From an uncultured Planctomycetales bacterium (GTDB lineage: Bacteria > Planctomycetota > Phycisphaerae > UBA1845 > PWPN01), in NCBI GenBank assembly GCA_964653435.1, contig CAZZFA010000002.1:604-64603 (forward strand): a stretch of DNA of 64,000 bases, in the 5' to 3' direction. The notes beneath the pieces were generated by a model. That model was not told where the DNA came from and ran no database searches. It was given only the letters and a program-made list of their open reading frames with translations. Shown here one piece after another: positions 63,883 to 64,000 of this stretch. The translations under genes were made by a program, and so were the position numbers. Each line of letters begins with the position of its first letter. Position 1 is the first letter of the stretch.

Positions 63883-64000
63883 TTACGGGGCCGCGCGCGT
63901 TGCGGTACCGGAGACGGCGACTGCGGCTAACCGTATCCTGGCCAGATAGATGCTCGACTTGCCCTCGTGCGATGAGTAGTAGCTCATCCAGAGCAGGCCG
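63883..64000 (-). CDS. 3' end of an unidentified gene (partial, continues beyond the window)
   Basis: The reverse frame from 63999 reads 'GLLWMSYYSSHEGKSSIYLARIRLAAVAVSGTATRAAP' and ends at TAA (63883-63885). It is too short for any domain call and is absent from the ORF track because it has no start in the window. Confidence 0.35.
   Translation of the reverse strand, partial: GLLWMSYYSSHEGKSSIYLARIRLAAVAVSGTATRAAP

Overview
GC-rich (roughly two-thirds G+C by eye, not computed), densely packed bacterial chromosomal segment. I support about 51 protein-coding genes. I recognised no rRNA, tRNA, CRISPR array, transposase or integrase.

Taxonomy is inference only. Secreted carbohydrate-active proteins ending in paired dockerin/EF-hand-like modules ('...[14 protein letters not shown]'), TSP3 repeats and several SSS transporters suggest a Planctomycetota (Phycisphaerae-like) genome.

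Layout:
- 119-1370: STAS / RsbW-like kinase / STAS partner-switching module.
- 1.5-8.4 kb: envelope and secreted enzymes. These are a zinc-PLC-like protein, a GT-C (ArnT-like) glycosyltransferase, an SplB-like radical SAM protein, and a large secreted glycoside hydrolase with F5/8-C, PKD and dockerin-like domains.
- 9.1-12.7 kb: GNAT plus korB and korA (2-oxoacid:ferredoxin oxidoreductase).
- 12.9-30.9 kb: one co-directional 13-gene polysaccharide biosynthesis and tailoring block. It holds two CE4 deacetylases, a tandem-GNAT protein, an ATP-grasp enzyme, three glycosyltransferases, a heparinase II/III-like protein, a BNR propeller, a bi-domain oxidoreductase, an AsnB-type amidotransferase, a Wzy-like polymerase and a beta-helix protein.
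- 31.3-43.8 kb: OmpR/HisK two-component pair, VOC protein, secreted CE4-TSP3-dockerin-like protein, Wzx-like flippase, a WbpE/WbpD/WbpB-type triad, gmd, a WecA/MraY-family initiating transferase and an unknown polytopic membrane protein.
- 43.9-47.0 kb: enolase-superfamily enzyme, a hypothetical protein and an LTXXQ/Spy-like periplasmic protein.
- 47.4-51.7 kb: a 1.4-kaa membrane-anchored protein whose last ~740 aa are mostly low-complexity, including a strictly phased (Gly-X)n block.
- 51.7-52.3 kb: a hairpin and tandem-repeat array, then a truncated beta-helix gene remnant.
- 52.3-61.3 kb: sugar uptake locus with an ABC permease and ATPase, two SSS symporters carrying unusual inserts, a rhamnose-mutarotase-like protein, a small membrane protein and a sugar-binding lipoprotein.
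- 61.3-64.0 kb: proC, a small PAS-like protein, a second LTXXQ protein and a partial gene.

The most unusual items are:
- the (Gly-X)n / G-run-dense repeat inside the giant protein;
- the deacetylase / tandem-GNAT / ATP-grasp tailoring triad with a signal-peptide-less heparinase-like protein in a biosynthetic operon;
- a winged-helix-like insert inside an SSS transporter;
- the structured repeat array next to a gene-truncation breakpoint;
- two genes whose conserved N-termini lack a canonical start codon.

All functional calls come from reading the translated ORFs by eye. No database search was run.
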